A stretch of 64,000 nucleotides of DNA from Paludibacteraceae bacterium (GTDB lineage Bacteria > Bacteroidota > Bacteroidia > Bacteroidales > Paludibacteraceae): the NCBI GenBank assembly GCA_045654945.1, contig JAZOOG010000017.1:46066-110065 (forward strand), given 5' to 3'. Below the pieces are notes generated by a model, which saw only the letters and a program-made list of their open reading frames with translations, was not told the DNA's origin and did no database searches. The position numbers and the translations under genes are program-made. This document shows, piece by piece, positions 46,112-53,915 of the stretch (position 1 is the first letter of the stretch; every line of letters begins with the position of its first letter).

Positions 46112-46376
46112 TTTTTAATATTTTTGTAGCGAAGCGTATTTTTGTATGAAAGAATAATTGATTTTAATTGTCTCTCAAGTTGTCTAAGTTGTCTGATAAA
46201 GCATCATTTTTGTTTTGGGTTGCTAGCGACGTGTCGCTCTTCCAACCCAAACAAAAAATCCCCCTTGATTGACAATAATTGACACCTAAAATTGACGTCT
46301 ATTGTCTTAAAAAATATAACCTGTTATTTTTAAATATTTTTGTAGGCACAAAGTGCCGTATTTATGTATTAAAAAA
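46110..46376 (+). repeat. Intergenic cassette of about 260 bp, copy B
   Basis: Aligns with 43783-44040. In the distal promoter-like module the CGAAGC spacer is replaced by the hairpin GGCACAAAGTGCC. Confidence 0.85.
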
Positions 46377-47318
46377 ATGGAAAAAAACGCCAAAATCTAC
46401 ATCGCAGGTCACCGTGGTATGGTGGGTTCTGCTATCATGCGCGAGTTGCAGCGTCAGGGATACCATAATATTATCACGCGCACGCACGCGGAACTTGACC
46501 TTTGTCGTCAGTCGGAGGTAGAGTCTTTTTTTGCTACCGAGCAGCCCGAGTATGTGTTCTTGGCGGCGGCTAAGGTGGGTGGTATCATCGCCAATCAGTC
46601 GGCATTGGCGGACTTCATGTACGACAATATGATCATGGAGATGAATGTCATCCATTCGGCTTGGCAGAACGGTTGCAAGAAGTTGCTTTTCTTGGGCTCC
46701 AGTTGCATCTATCCTCGTTTGGCGCCTCAGCCTATGAAGGAGAATTGCCTCTTGACCAGCGAGTTAGAGAAGACCAACGAGGCGTATGCTTTGGCTAAGA
46801 TCTCGGGTCTTAAGTACTGCGAGTATCTCAATCGCCAGTATGGTACGGACTATATATCTGTCATGCCTACCAATCTCTATGGTCCTAACGACAACTACCA
46901 TCCCGAGCACAGCCATGTCTTGCCTGCTCTCATCCGTCGTTTCCACGAGGCTAAGGAGAGTGGGGTAGAGTCTGTCACCTGTTGGGGCGATGGCAGTCCA
47001 TTGCGTGAGTTCTTGTATGTAGACGATTTGGCTAACCTTTGTGTTTTCCTCATGAATCACTATTCGGGCAACGAGACGGTCAATGCGGGTACGGGCAAGG
47101 AACTCAGTATCAAGGCATTGACGGAGCTGGTGGCTAAGGTAGTGGGGTACGAGGGTCGTATTGAGTGGGACACTACTCGTCCCAATGGCACGCCTCGTAA
47201 GCTCTTGGATGTCAGCAAGGCTAAGGCTTTAGGTTGGGAATATCGTACTGAGTTAGAGGATGGTATCCGTCTGGCGTATGATGATTTCCTACACAACCCC
47301 ATGCGTGCCGAACGCTAA
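46377..47318 (+). CDS. fcl: GDP-L-fucose synthase
   Basis: [21 protein letters not shown], extended-SDR epimerase/reductase. The start is set at ATG 46377 ([11 protein letters not shown]). Confidence 0.93.
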   Translation: MEKNAKIYIAGHRGMVGSAIMRELQRQGYHNIITRTHAELDLCRQSEVESFFATEQPEYVFLAAAKVGGIIANQSALADFMYDNMIMEMNVIHSAWQNGCKKLLFLGSSCIYPRLAPQPMKENCLLTSELEKTNEAYALAKISGLKYCEYLNRQYGTDYISVMPTNLYGPNDNYHPEHSHVLPALIRRFHEAKESGVESVTCWGDGSPLREFLYVDDLANLCVFLMNHYSGNETVNAGTGKELSIKALTELVAKVVGYEGRIEWDTTRPNGTPRKLLDVSKAKALGWEYRTELEDGIRLAYDDFLHNPMRAER

Positions 47319-47460
47319 GTGTAGCTTCTGCTATATATATCTTTGGTTCCGTGTAGTTCAGTGTCGTTCAGTGGTCAACCATAACCGCAGAAAGACGTCC
47401 CTCCGTGTGAGATAATACCTCCCACAGACAAGCACGGACAAGCACGGAAACACAGAACTT

Positions 47461-47562
47461 TCCTCCCTTCAAGGGAGGTTGGGAGAATCCTTGAAATTTC
47501 CGAAGGACATTGTAAAATAGTGGTAGTTAGTAGCAGTATGCTACGTCAATGGATGGTAGCTT
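47461..47562 (+). repeat. Dispersed repeat (CCGAAGGACATTG family), copy 2, longest
   Basis: tcctcccttcaagggaggttgggagaatccttgaaatttccgaaggacattgtaaaatagtggtagttagtagcagtatgctacgtcaatggatggtagct. Confidence 0.8.
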
Positions 47563-47650
47563 GGTCGATGAGGAAGTTTACTTACGCCATCGCCCAAGAT
47601 AGCGTCCATAGGAGATATGAGCATCATATCTCAACTACCACTTACATCCT

Positions 47651-47705
47651 GATATTTTTAAATATTTTTGTAGGCACAAAGTGCCGTATTTTTGTATTAA
47701 AAACC
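47651..47705 (+). repeat. Solo copy of the promoter-like module of the 260-bp cassette
   Basis: gatatttttaaatatttttgtaggcacaaagtgccgtatttttgtattaaaaa is identical in type to 46325-46372. Confidence 0.8.
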
Positions 47706-47754
47706 ATCCCGCTTAGCATTATTTATTGTTTTTTTTCAAAAAAAATGCTCGCTT

Positions 47755-47788
47755 TATTTGCATATTCGCATTATTTGTTGTATCTTTG
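47755..47788 (+). promoter_or_regulatory. Promoter driving the small ORF / leader transcript
   Basis: tttatTTGcatattcgcattatttgttgTATCTTTGcagc. Confidence 0.55.
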
Positions 47789-47802
47789 CAGCGTCAATTC
47801 AA

Positions 47803-47886
47803 ATGAAAACGGTTAAGACACTCCACTTTGATGCGATCAACACTATGTATATGGGCGCCAAACGCATGTTTTTCTACTCTTTCTGA
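47803..47886 (+). CDS. Candidate 27-aa peptide MKTVKTLHFDAINTMYMGAKRMFFYSF (alternatively part of a small RNA)
   Basis: The ATG lies about 10 nt after the predicted TSS and the stop is TGA. AAGACACTCCAC inside the ORF is complementary to GTTGGAGTG...GTGTCTT just after the stop. A strong terminator follows. Confidence 0.3.
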   Translation: MKTVKTLHFDAINTMYMGAKRMFFYSF

Positions 47887-47909
47887 GTTGGAGTGTTTGT
47901 GTGTGTCTT

Positions 47910-47942
47910 AGGACGATAGACGGTGGTCTGTCGTCTTTTTTG
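47910..47942 (+). terminator. Rho-independent terminator
   Basis: AGGACGATAGAC ggtg GTCTGTCGTCTT is a 12-bp stem followed by TTTTTG. Confidence 0.8.
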
Positions 47943-48326
47943 TGTTGACAACCAGACGCTTGATTGTGTTCTTTTGTTGTTTCGGCTACATAGCGTATCT
48001 ATGTTGTCGGGTATGCTGTTTTTTGTTAAGTAGCTATCAATGATCTTGTTTCGACCTTGGGTCATAGAAACGGACATATATTTGCACATAGAAAAACACA
48101 CTTCTTTGAAGTGTTCTAAGATATATTAATATAGGGGAAAAGGGGTTGAAATAGCAGGTTCGTGGTGTTTGTGATGTAACGATACCACATCGTTACCACC
48201 TCGTACGTGCTCGTACATGGAAAACAGATTTTATGGTATCAAACAAACGTCCCTTTGTTTGCTACATGAGATGCACCATTTGTAGCGAAAACTACCTATC
48301 TGTTTCGCGACTGTTAGGCGACCATG

Positions 48327-48358
48327 ATAGGACATCTATAGGACATCTATAGGACTTA
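48327..48358. repeat. Tandem 12-mer ATAGGACATCT(A), about 2.5 units
   Basis: ataggacatctataggacatctataggactta. Confidence 0.8.
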
Positions 48359-48384
48359 TATAAGACAAATAAAATAACAATATA

Positions 48385-48393
48385 CCCCCCCCC
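48385..48393. repeat. Homopolymeric C9 tract
   Basis: tataCCCCCCCCCagaag, about 260 bp upstream of the first surface-protein gene. Confidence 0.9.
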
Positions 48394-48585
48394 AGAAGAA
48401 AGGGGAATTACCAACAACCTAAATCGAACTTTGCGAGTTCGATTTAAGAGGAGGGATGACGGCGAGCCAAACTCGTGTAAATGAGTTTCTTCTCGCAAGT
48501 ACATTCCGACGAAGGCACAGGTCATTGGGTTGACCTCTGCTCACAAAATAATGTTACAGGTTCAGAGCGAAGCGATGAGGTTAGT

Positions 48586-48624
48586 GCCTCTAACCTCTCG
48601 CCTTTAGCCTCTAACCTCTAACCT
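48586..48624. repeat. R1 heptamer array upstream of the surface-protein operon
   Basis: gcctctaacctctcgcctttagcctctaacctctaacct. Confidence 0.85.
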
Positions 48625-48655
48625 AAAAAATAGTAAACAAAGAACATAAGATATT

Positions 48656-50368
48656 ATGAAACAATCTACTACTTTCGCCAGCGTGGCAAATAAATTTTCA
48701 AAGGTATTGCAAGGGTATACTATGGGTATACGATTCACTGCCATTTTAACCATACTCCTCACAATGGGAATTGGACAAGTATGGGGTGCACCTTCCGCCA
48801 GGTATTATCTAATCGGAGATCCCACAGGGAGCTGGAATAAATCAGAAACGTATAAAATCAAAACATGGTACAATAAAGATGGTCAATACATTTTATATGT
48901 TTACGCCAGCAAAGACAGCTTCTTCCGTCTAAAAAAAGATGATGATGCAAACTATGGACCATCATCTGATCAATCCACTTCACAAGGTTATGGTGCTTAC
49001 AACGAGAATGCATGGAAGTATAATGGGAATTCTGGTATAGTTCGTTTTGGTGTAGATGAAACTGCTGGTAATAATGGCGAACATTATCCTTATGTCTTTT
49101 GGGAAAAAGTTGATATTAAAATTAAACACGGTTGGAATGGCGGTGACTGGACGTCTCAACAAATGGAAGCGCAAAGCGATGGAACATATACTTATATTGG
49201 TCAATATAGTGGAACCCAAGGTGCCAACTTTGGTATAGAGGGTAGTCAAGCTACATTCAAATATATTTCTGACACTAAATTAATTGGATCTCCTCAAAAG
49301 GGGCATAGATGTTTGTTTACATACAGTCCTGTAGGATATATTGGTTATGGCTCAGAAACGCAAAATACAGGTTCTGCAACTATCACTCGTCTCTATACGA
49401 TTACATACAACGGAAATGGTCACACTGGCGGTACAGTACCAGAAGCGGTTGATAAAAAGCACGGAACAAACATCACACTATCCAATAGCACTCCAACTCG
49501 TACTGGATATACTTTTACCGGATGGAATACTAAACAAAATGGCACAGGTACTTCTTATGCCAAAGGTGCAACCTATTCAACCGATGCAGATGTAACATTA
49601 TATGCACAATGGAAGGGTAATAATTATACAGTTACTCTTAATGATAATGGTGGTTCGGGTGGTTCAGGAACAGTTTCTGCCACTTATGGTTCCGCAATGC
49701 CTGCTATTAAAATACCAACTCGCAGCGGTTATACTTTTAATGGATATTGGACGGGAACAACAGTTAATAGTACGCAATACTACAAAGCAGATGGTAGCAG
49801 TGCAAAGAACTGGGATAAAGCAGGCAATACTACCACTCTCTATGCACTTTGGATACCAAACACCTTTACCGTACATTTTGACGGCAATGGCAATACAAGT
49901 GGTTCAATGACTGACCAACCATTTACTTATGATGTATCACAAAATTTAAAAACTAATGCATTTGAAAAAACTGGTCATACATTTGCAGGTTGGGCGAAAA
50001 CATTAAATGGTGCTGTTGTATATAGCGATAAACAGAATGTTAAAAATTTAACTACTGATAACAACGCTACTGTTACCCTCTACGCTCAATGGACACTCAA
50101 CACCTATCCTGTCAAATGGTATGTCAATGGTGAAGAATTAACAGGTGCGGCGACAACCGTCGCTCATGGCAGCAAGGTGACTACTGTCCCAGAGGTTGAT
50201 TTGAATACCTATTGCGAAGGTAGTGATGTGCTTGCTGGTTGGACAACAGCTCCGATGGAGAACGCTAGTGTCACGGCTCCCGCTCAACTATATAAGACAA
50301 TAGATGACTTCCCGACAGCGGAAAGACCTCAAACGTTCTACGCCGTCTTTGCGAATTATGTTGAATAA
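48656..50368 (+). CDS. Secreted surface protein 1: N-terminal beta-rich domain plus about 4 Listeria-Bacteroides repeats
   Basis: Long N-region signal (..ANKFSKV..TILLTMGIGQVWGA). Repeats of the type YTITYNGNGHTGG...PTRTGYTFTGWNT...GTSYAKGATY...TLYAQW. It ends FYAVFANYVE with no T9SS tail. Confidence 0.8.
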   Translation: MKQSTTFASVANKFSKVLQGYTMGIRFTAILTILLTMGIGQVWGAPSARYYLIGDPTGSWNKSETYKIKTWYNKDGQYILYVYASKDSFFRLKKDDDANYGPSSDQSTSQGYGAYNENAWKYNGNSGIVRFGVDETAGNNGEHYPYVFWEKVDIKIKHGWNGGDWTSQQMEAQSDGTYTYIGQYSGTQGANFGIEGSQATFKYISDTKLIGSPQKGHRCLFTYSPVGYIGYGSETQNTGSATITRLYTITYNGNGHTGGTVPEAVDKKHGTNITLSNSTPTRTGYTFTGWNTKQNGTGTSYAKGATYSTDADVTLYAQWKGNNYTVTLNDNGGSGGSGTVSATYGSAMPAIKIPTRSGYTFNGYWTGTTVNSTQYYKADGSSAKNWDKAGNTTTLYALWIPNTFTVHFDGNGNTSGSMTDQPFTYDVSQNLKTNAFEKTGHTFAGWAKTLNGAVVYSDKQNVKNLTTDNNATVTLYAQWTLNTYPVKWYVNGEELTGAATTVAHGSKVTTVPEVDLNTYCEGSDVLAGWTTAPMENASVTAPAQLYKTIDDFPTAERPQTFYAVFANYVE

Positions 50369-50416
50369 AAGCGAAAAGAAAATAAATAGTATTAACGATT
50401 AAACAGAGAAATGATT

Positions 50417-53400
50417 ATGAAAACTTTACATACTATATATACGAATTTCGCAAAGCGTAACTTAGCAAGATTCCTAACCGTGTTTACTATCCTCTTCACC
50501 ATCGGAATAGGACAGATATTGGGTGCGACTGCGAGTTATACGTGGGATTTGACTTCCTCTTCGGCAAATTGGACGAGTTCTAATTGTGAAACCTATTTTA
50601 GTCAGCCTTATGGCATGAAGAAAAAAGATGCATATATAATCAATAAAAACATAGATGACTTTAAACAATACGCGGCTACTGCAACATCCATTCAAATAGG
50701 TGTAAAAAGTTTGTGTAATGGTGCTACAACTAGTAAATTAACCATATATCTTGTGGATAAAGATGGGAATATGGTTGGTTCTGGTATGGAAATTACTCCT
50801 GACAATAAGAGTAGCGCTTCTAATACAACATATAAGTATGTTACATTTACATCAAATCTCTCGACTGCGACAGGATATAAAATACAATGTACCACATTTG
50901 GAAAGAATGTCTTAGTTAATGGAAGTAGTTATGAGATAACATATGATGACTCTTCATCAGGTAGCGGTTCTGGCAATATCGGTGGAGGAAATGATTCTGA
51001 TGGTTGCACATGGGAACTTGTAACTGATGCTTCTACTCTTGCAGCAGGTAATCGTATAGTAATTGCTGCTGCTGGATATGATTATGCAATGGGTGATAAT
51101 TCAAGTAACGGGGAATATCGAATACGTACTGCAATTACAAAGAATGAAAATAAGATTGCTATAACCAATGATGTTCAGATTATAATTCTGGAGGAAGGTA
51201 CAAAGACTAATACATTTGCATTCAATGTGGATGATAGTTATCTCTATGCCGCATCATCAAGTAGCAACCACTTAAAGACCAAAACCACACTTGATGACAA
51301 TGGTAGTTGGAGCATAACGATTGCTAATAATAGTGTTGCAACGATTAAAGCACAAGGTACTAATACACGTAACTGGATTAGATATAACGCTAATAGCAGT
51401 CAAGAACGTTTCTCCTGCTATGGTAGCGGTCAAAATGATGTGGTTATATACAAAGAAATCTGTGCTAAAGAAGTAATTGTAACATTGAATCCTGATGGTG
51501 GTACAGGTACATTCACAGATTGGACTACTAGTGGTGACAATTACACAATGACTGTAGATGCTGGTACAGAAATCACATTGCCTACTTTACAGAAAATAGG
51601 TTATAATTTTGCAGGTTGGCATGACGGGACAGCAACGGTTACTTCGCCATATACACCAACTACAGATATTACTCTTACAGCTCAATGGACTGCGATCGAA
51701 TACACTATCACATATAACGATACAAAAGGAGCTACCAACACTAACCCTGCAACTTATACCATTGAGGATGAAATAACCTTCTCAGACCTTACCAATTTAC
51801 CCAAAGGCTACAACTTCACAGGTTGGAATCCTGCCTCTATTGCTAAAGGTACTACAGGTAATCAAACTGTTACTGCCCAATGGACTGAAAAACCCCTCAC
51901 GAGATACCGTACGGATTGTGATGCTTGTATTCCATTAGATGGTTTTGCCTCTATTGATGGTACATACCATTTCTTCCCTGGTGAAACAATTACTATGACT
52001 GTTACACCACCTGCGGACGATGTACCTTACACCTACAAATGGCAGAAATTCGTGGAGGACGAATGGGAAGATATTGACGGAAAAACCACTACTACCTATA
52101 CTAAAGCTGAAGCCACAATAGAAGATGTCGGTCACTATAGATGTGTAGTGTCGGCTGAAGGCTATTGCGATGCAATTGCAGAGTATAACGTTAAATGCCT
52201 ACAATTGAATGTGTACTATAATGACCATTCCTTTGCATTTACTACACCATTAGAGAAAGTTGATGCAACAACCGCTTCTATCAGTGTTGATTTGCAAAAC
52301 GCAAATTACACATACTATTTTGAGATTACAGACGGTTGTGAAAATTTCTATGGCTTCAACGGAGATATACATAGTGATTGGTATGAGAATGTAGAGTTGA
52401 ATGCGATGAATAGTTCTACTCATTGTGGTTTGCAGACTACTAAGTTTGGTACATACATATTCACCGTAGATCATTCATATCTAACAGATAATAGCAAATT
52501 TTATCCTATTGTAACAGTTACGTATCCTGCCTCTTTGCAGGAAGCAAACAAAGTGATTTATTTGGATAATAATGTCCTCAAATGGACCCATTCAAATAAT
52601 GCAGATGGCACAAACAAAATTTACTATCGTATCGGTCGTGGTAATCATAACAATAAAACTGCGATGACATTGGTGCCTGGTACTGCTAATCTCTATAAGG
52701 TGACAACAAGCAAGTATGATAACTTTGACGTATGGCATATCGCGAATAATGGTTGCTGGTCAGAGGATAATTCAATCTTTAAAACAAAGACAGGTGATGA
52801 ATGGGCAGCTACACAAGCTACTGCATTTGAAACGCTTCCTGTCACTTTAGCAGCAGTAACAGTTACCCCTACAGATTTACGCTCCGTGGGTGGTGATAAC
52901 GACAACAATAACTGCGAGTTCTACAACTACAACATCACCGAAGGCATGAAGACTTGGAATGCCAAGATTGTAGAACCTACTAATGGTACAATCACGGTTT
53001 CATACACCCATCACGATGGTACAGCGGTTAATAACTTCACTTCGGGCAACCGTGATTTGGCACATACCTGTCTTTTGACTATCACTGCTACGGCTAATGA
53101 AGGATATTCACTCGCATCACTGACGGTGAATGATGTGCCTTTCACTTCGGGCAATATACATACGCTGACTGGAAATGCTGTTATCAAAGCCACTTTCACC
53201 ATTAACTCTTACACTGTTACATGGAAACTTGACGGAGGTAATTGGGGGGGTGATGCAAGCAATAAAGTGGTAACACATAAGTTTGGCGATGAGATACAAG
53301 CACCCGAAAAACCAACGTACGATTGCCACGAATTTGTAGAGTGGAATCCTACATATACTGCAGGTATGAAGATGCCCGCTAATAATTTGGAGTTCACTGC

Positions 53401-53869
53401 ACAATGGAACAAACTCTCATATACCATCACTTTCAAAGACTATGATGGCACAGTGTTGAAAACCTCTACTGTGGAGTGTGGCGAAACCCCAACCCCTCCT
53501 ACATCTCCAACTCGTGGACAGGATGCAATGTATGAGTATGAATTTGCAGGTTGGAGTCCTGCTATTACGGAAGTTACTGGCAATCAGATTTATACTGCTA
53601 CATACAATCAAACCAAACGCCAATATACAGTCAATTGGTATGTGAATGGAGTGCAACTCCACTCCGAACTAGTCGCTGCGGGAGATGAGGTTACCGCTCC
53701 AGTGGTCAATCCAATTCCTTGTGGTGCTGTATTAGCTGGTTGGACAGATGCGGAAAATGGTGTGTATGAACATGAGGTTTCTGAATTGCATGAGGGTGCG
53801 CAACCATCCATTGTGATATTAGAAAACAAAACCTTCTACGCCGTCTTTGCGGATTACGTGAACGAATAA
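50417..53869 (+). CDS. Secreted surface protein 2 (1150 aa), modular paralog of proteins 1 and 3
   Basis: The start MKTLHTIYTNFAKR is shared with protein 3 at the nucleotide level. It has an N-terminal module, a ~150-aa domain paralogous to protein 3 (..LEEGTKTNTFAFNV...YLYAASSSSNHLKT...NGSWSITI...ATIKAQGTNTRN..), L-B repeats and an Ig-like segment (YKWQKF...DVGHYRCVV). It ends FYAVFADYVNE. Confidence 0.8.
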   Translation: MKTLHTIYTNFAKRNLARFLTVFTILFTIGIGQILGATASYTWDLTSSSANWTSSNCETYFSQPYGMKKKDAYIINKNIDDFKQYAATATSIQIGVKSLCNGATTSKLTIYLVDKDGNMVGSGMEITPDNKSSASNTTYKYVTFTSNLSTATGYKIQCTTFGKNVLVNGSSYEITYDDSSSGSGSGNIGGGNDSDGCTWELVTDASTLAAGNRIVIAAAGYDYAMGDNSSNGEYRIRTAITKNENKIAITNDVQIIILEEGTKTNTFAFNVDDSYLYAASSSSNHLKTKTTLDDNGSWSITIANNSVATIKAQGTNTRNWIRYNANSSQERFSCYGSGQNDVVIYKEICAKEVIVTLNPDGGTGTFTDWTTSGDNYTMTVDAGTEITLPTLQKIGYNFAGWHDGTATVTSPYTPTTDITLTAQWTAIEYTITYNDTKGATNTNPATYTIEDEITFSDLTNLPKGYNFTGWNPASIAKGTTGNQTVTAQWTEKPLTRYRTDCDACIPLDGFASIDGTYHFFPGETITMTVTPPADDVPYTYKWQKFVEDEWEDIDGKTTTTYTKAEATIEDVGHYRCVVSAEGYCDAIAEYNVKCLQLNVYYNDHSFAFTTPLEKVDATTASISVDLQNANYTYYFEITDGCENFYGFNGDIHSDWYENVELNAMNSSTHCGLQTTKFGTYIFTVDHSYLTDNSKFYPIVTVTYPASLQEANKVIYLDNNVLKWTHSNNADGTNKIYYRIGRGNHNNKTAMTLVPGTANLYKVTTSKYDNFDVWHIANNGCWSEDNSIFKTKTGDEWAATQATAFETLPVTLAAVTVTPTDLRSVGGDNDNNNCEFYNYNITEGMKTWNAKIVEPTNGTITVSYTHHDGTAVNNFTSGNRDLAHTCLLTITATANEGYSLASLTVNDVPFTSGNIHTLTGNAVIKATFTINSYTVTWKLDGGNWGGDASNKVVTHKFGDEIQAPEKPTYDCHEFVEWNPTYTAGMKMPANNLEFTAQWNKLSYTITFKDYDGTVLKTSTVECGETPTPPTSPTRGQDAMYEYEFAGWSPAITEVTGNQIYTATYNQTKRQYTVNWYVNGVQLHSELVAAGDEVTAPVVNPIPCGAVLAGWTDAENGVYEHEVSELHEGAQPSIVILENKTFYAVFADYVNE

Positions 53870-53915
53870 TGCGAAATAAATATTAGTATCAACAATCAAA
53901 CAAAACAGAAAGATT

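Noticed and set aside
48410-48450. A tRNA-like T-arm suggested by GAGTTCGATTT.
   Set aside because: It is simply the 3' half of the perfect hairpin AATCGAACtttgcgaGTTCGATT. No acceptor stem, D-arm or anticodon arm can be drawn. No tRNA or rRNA genes were recognised anywhere in the window.
47874-48525. Minus-strand ORFs 47874-48101 (75 aa) and 48292-48525 (77 aa, containing the G9 run) as real genes, for example a recombinase fragment controlling an invertible promoter.
   Set aside because: There are no recombinase motifs and no promoter, and the composition is not protein-like. I also looked for long inverted repeats flanking the 47755 promoter that would indicate an invertible switch and found only short local hairpins.
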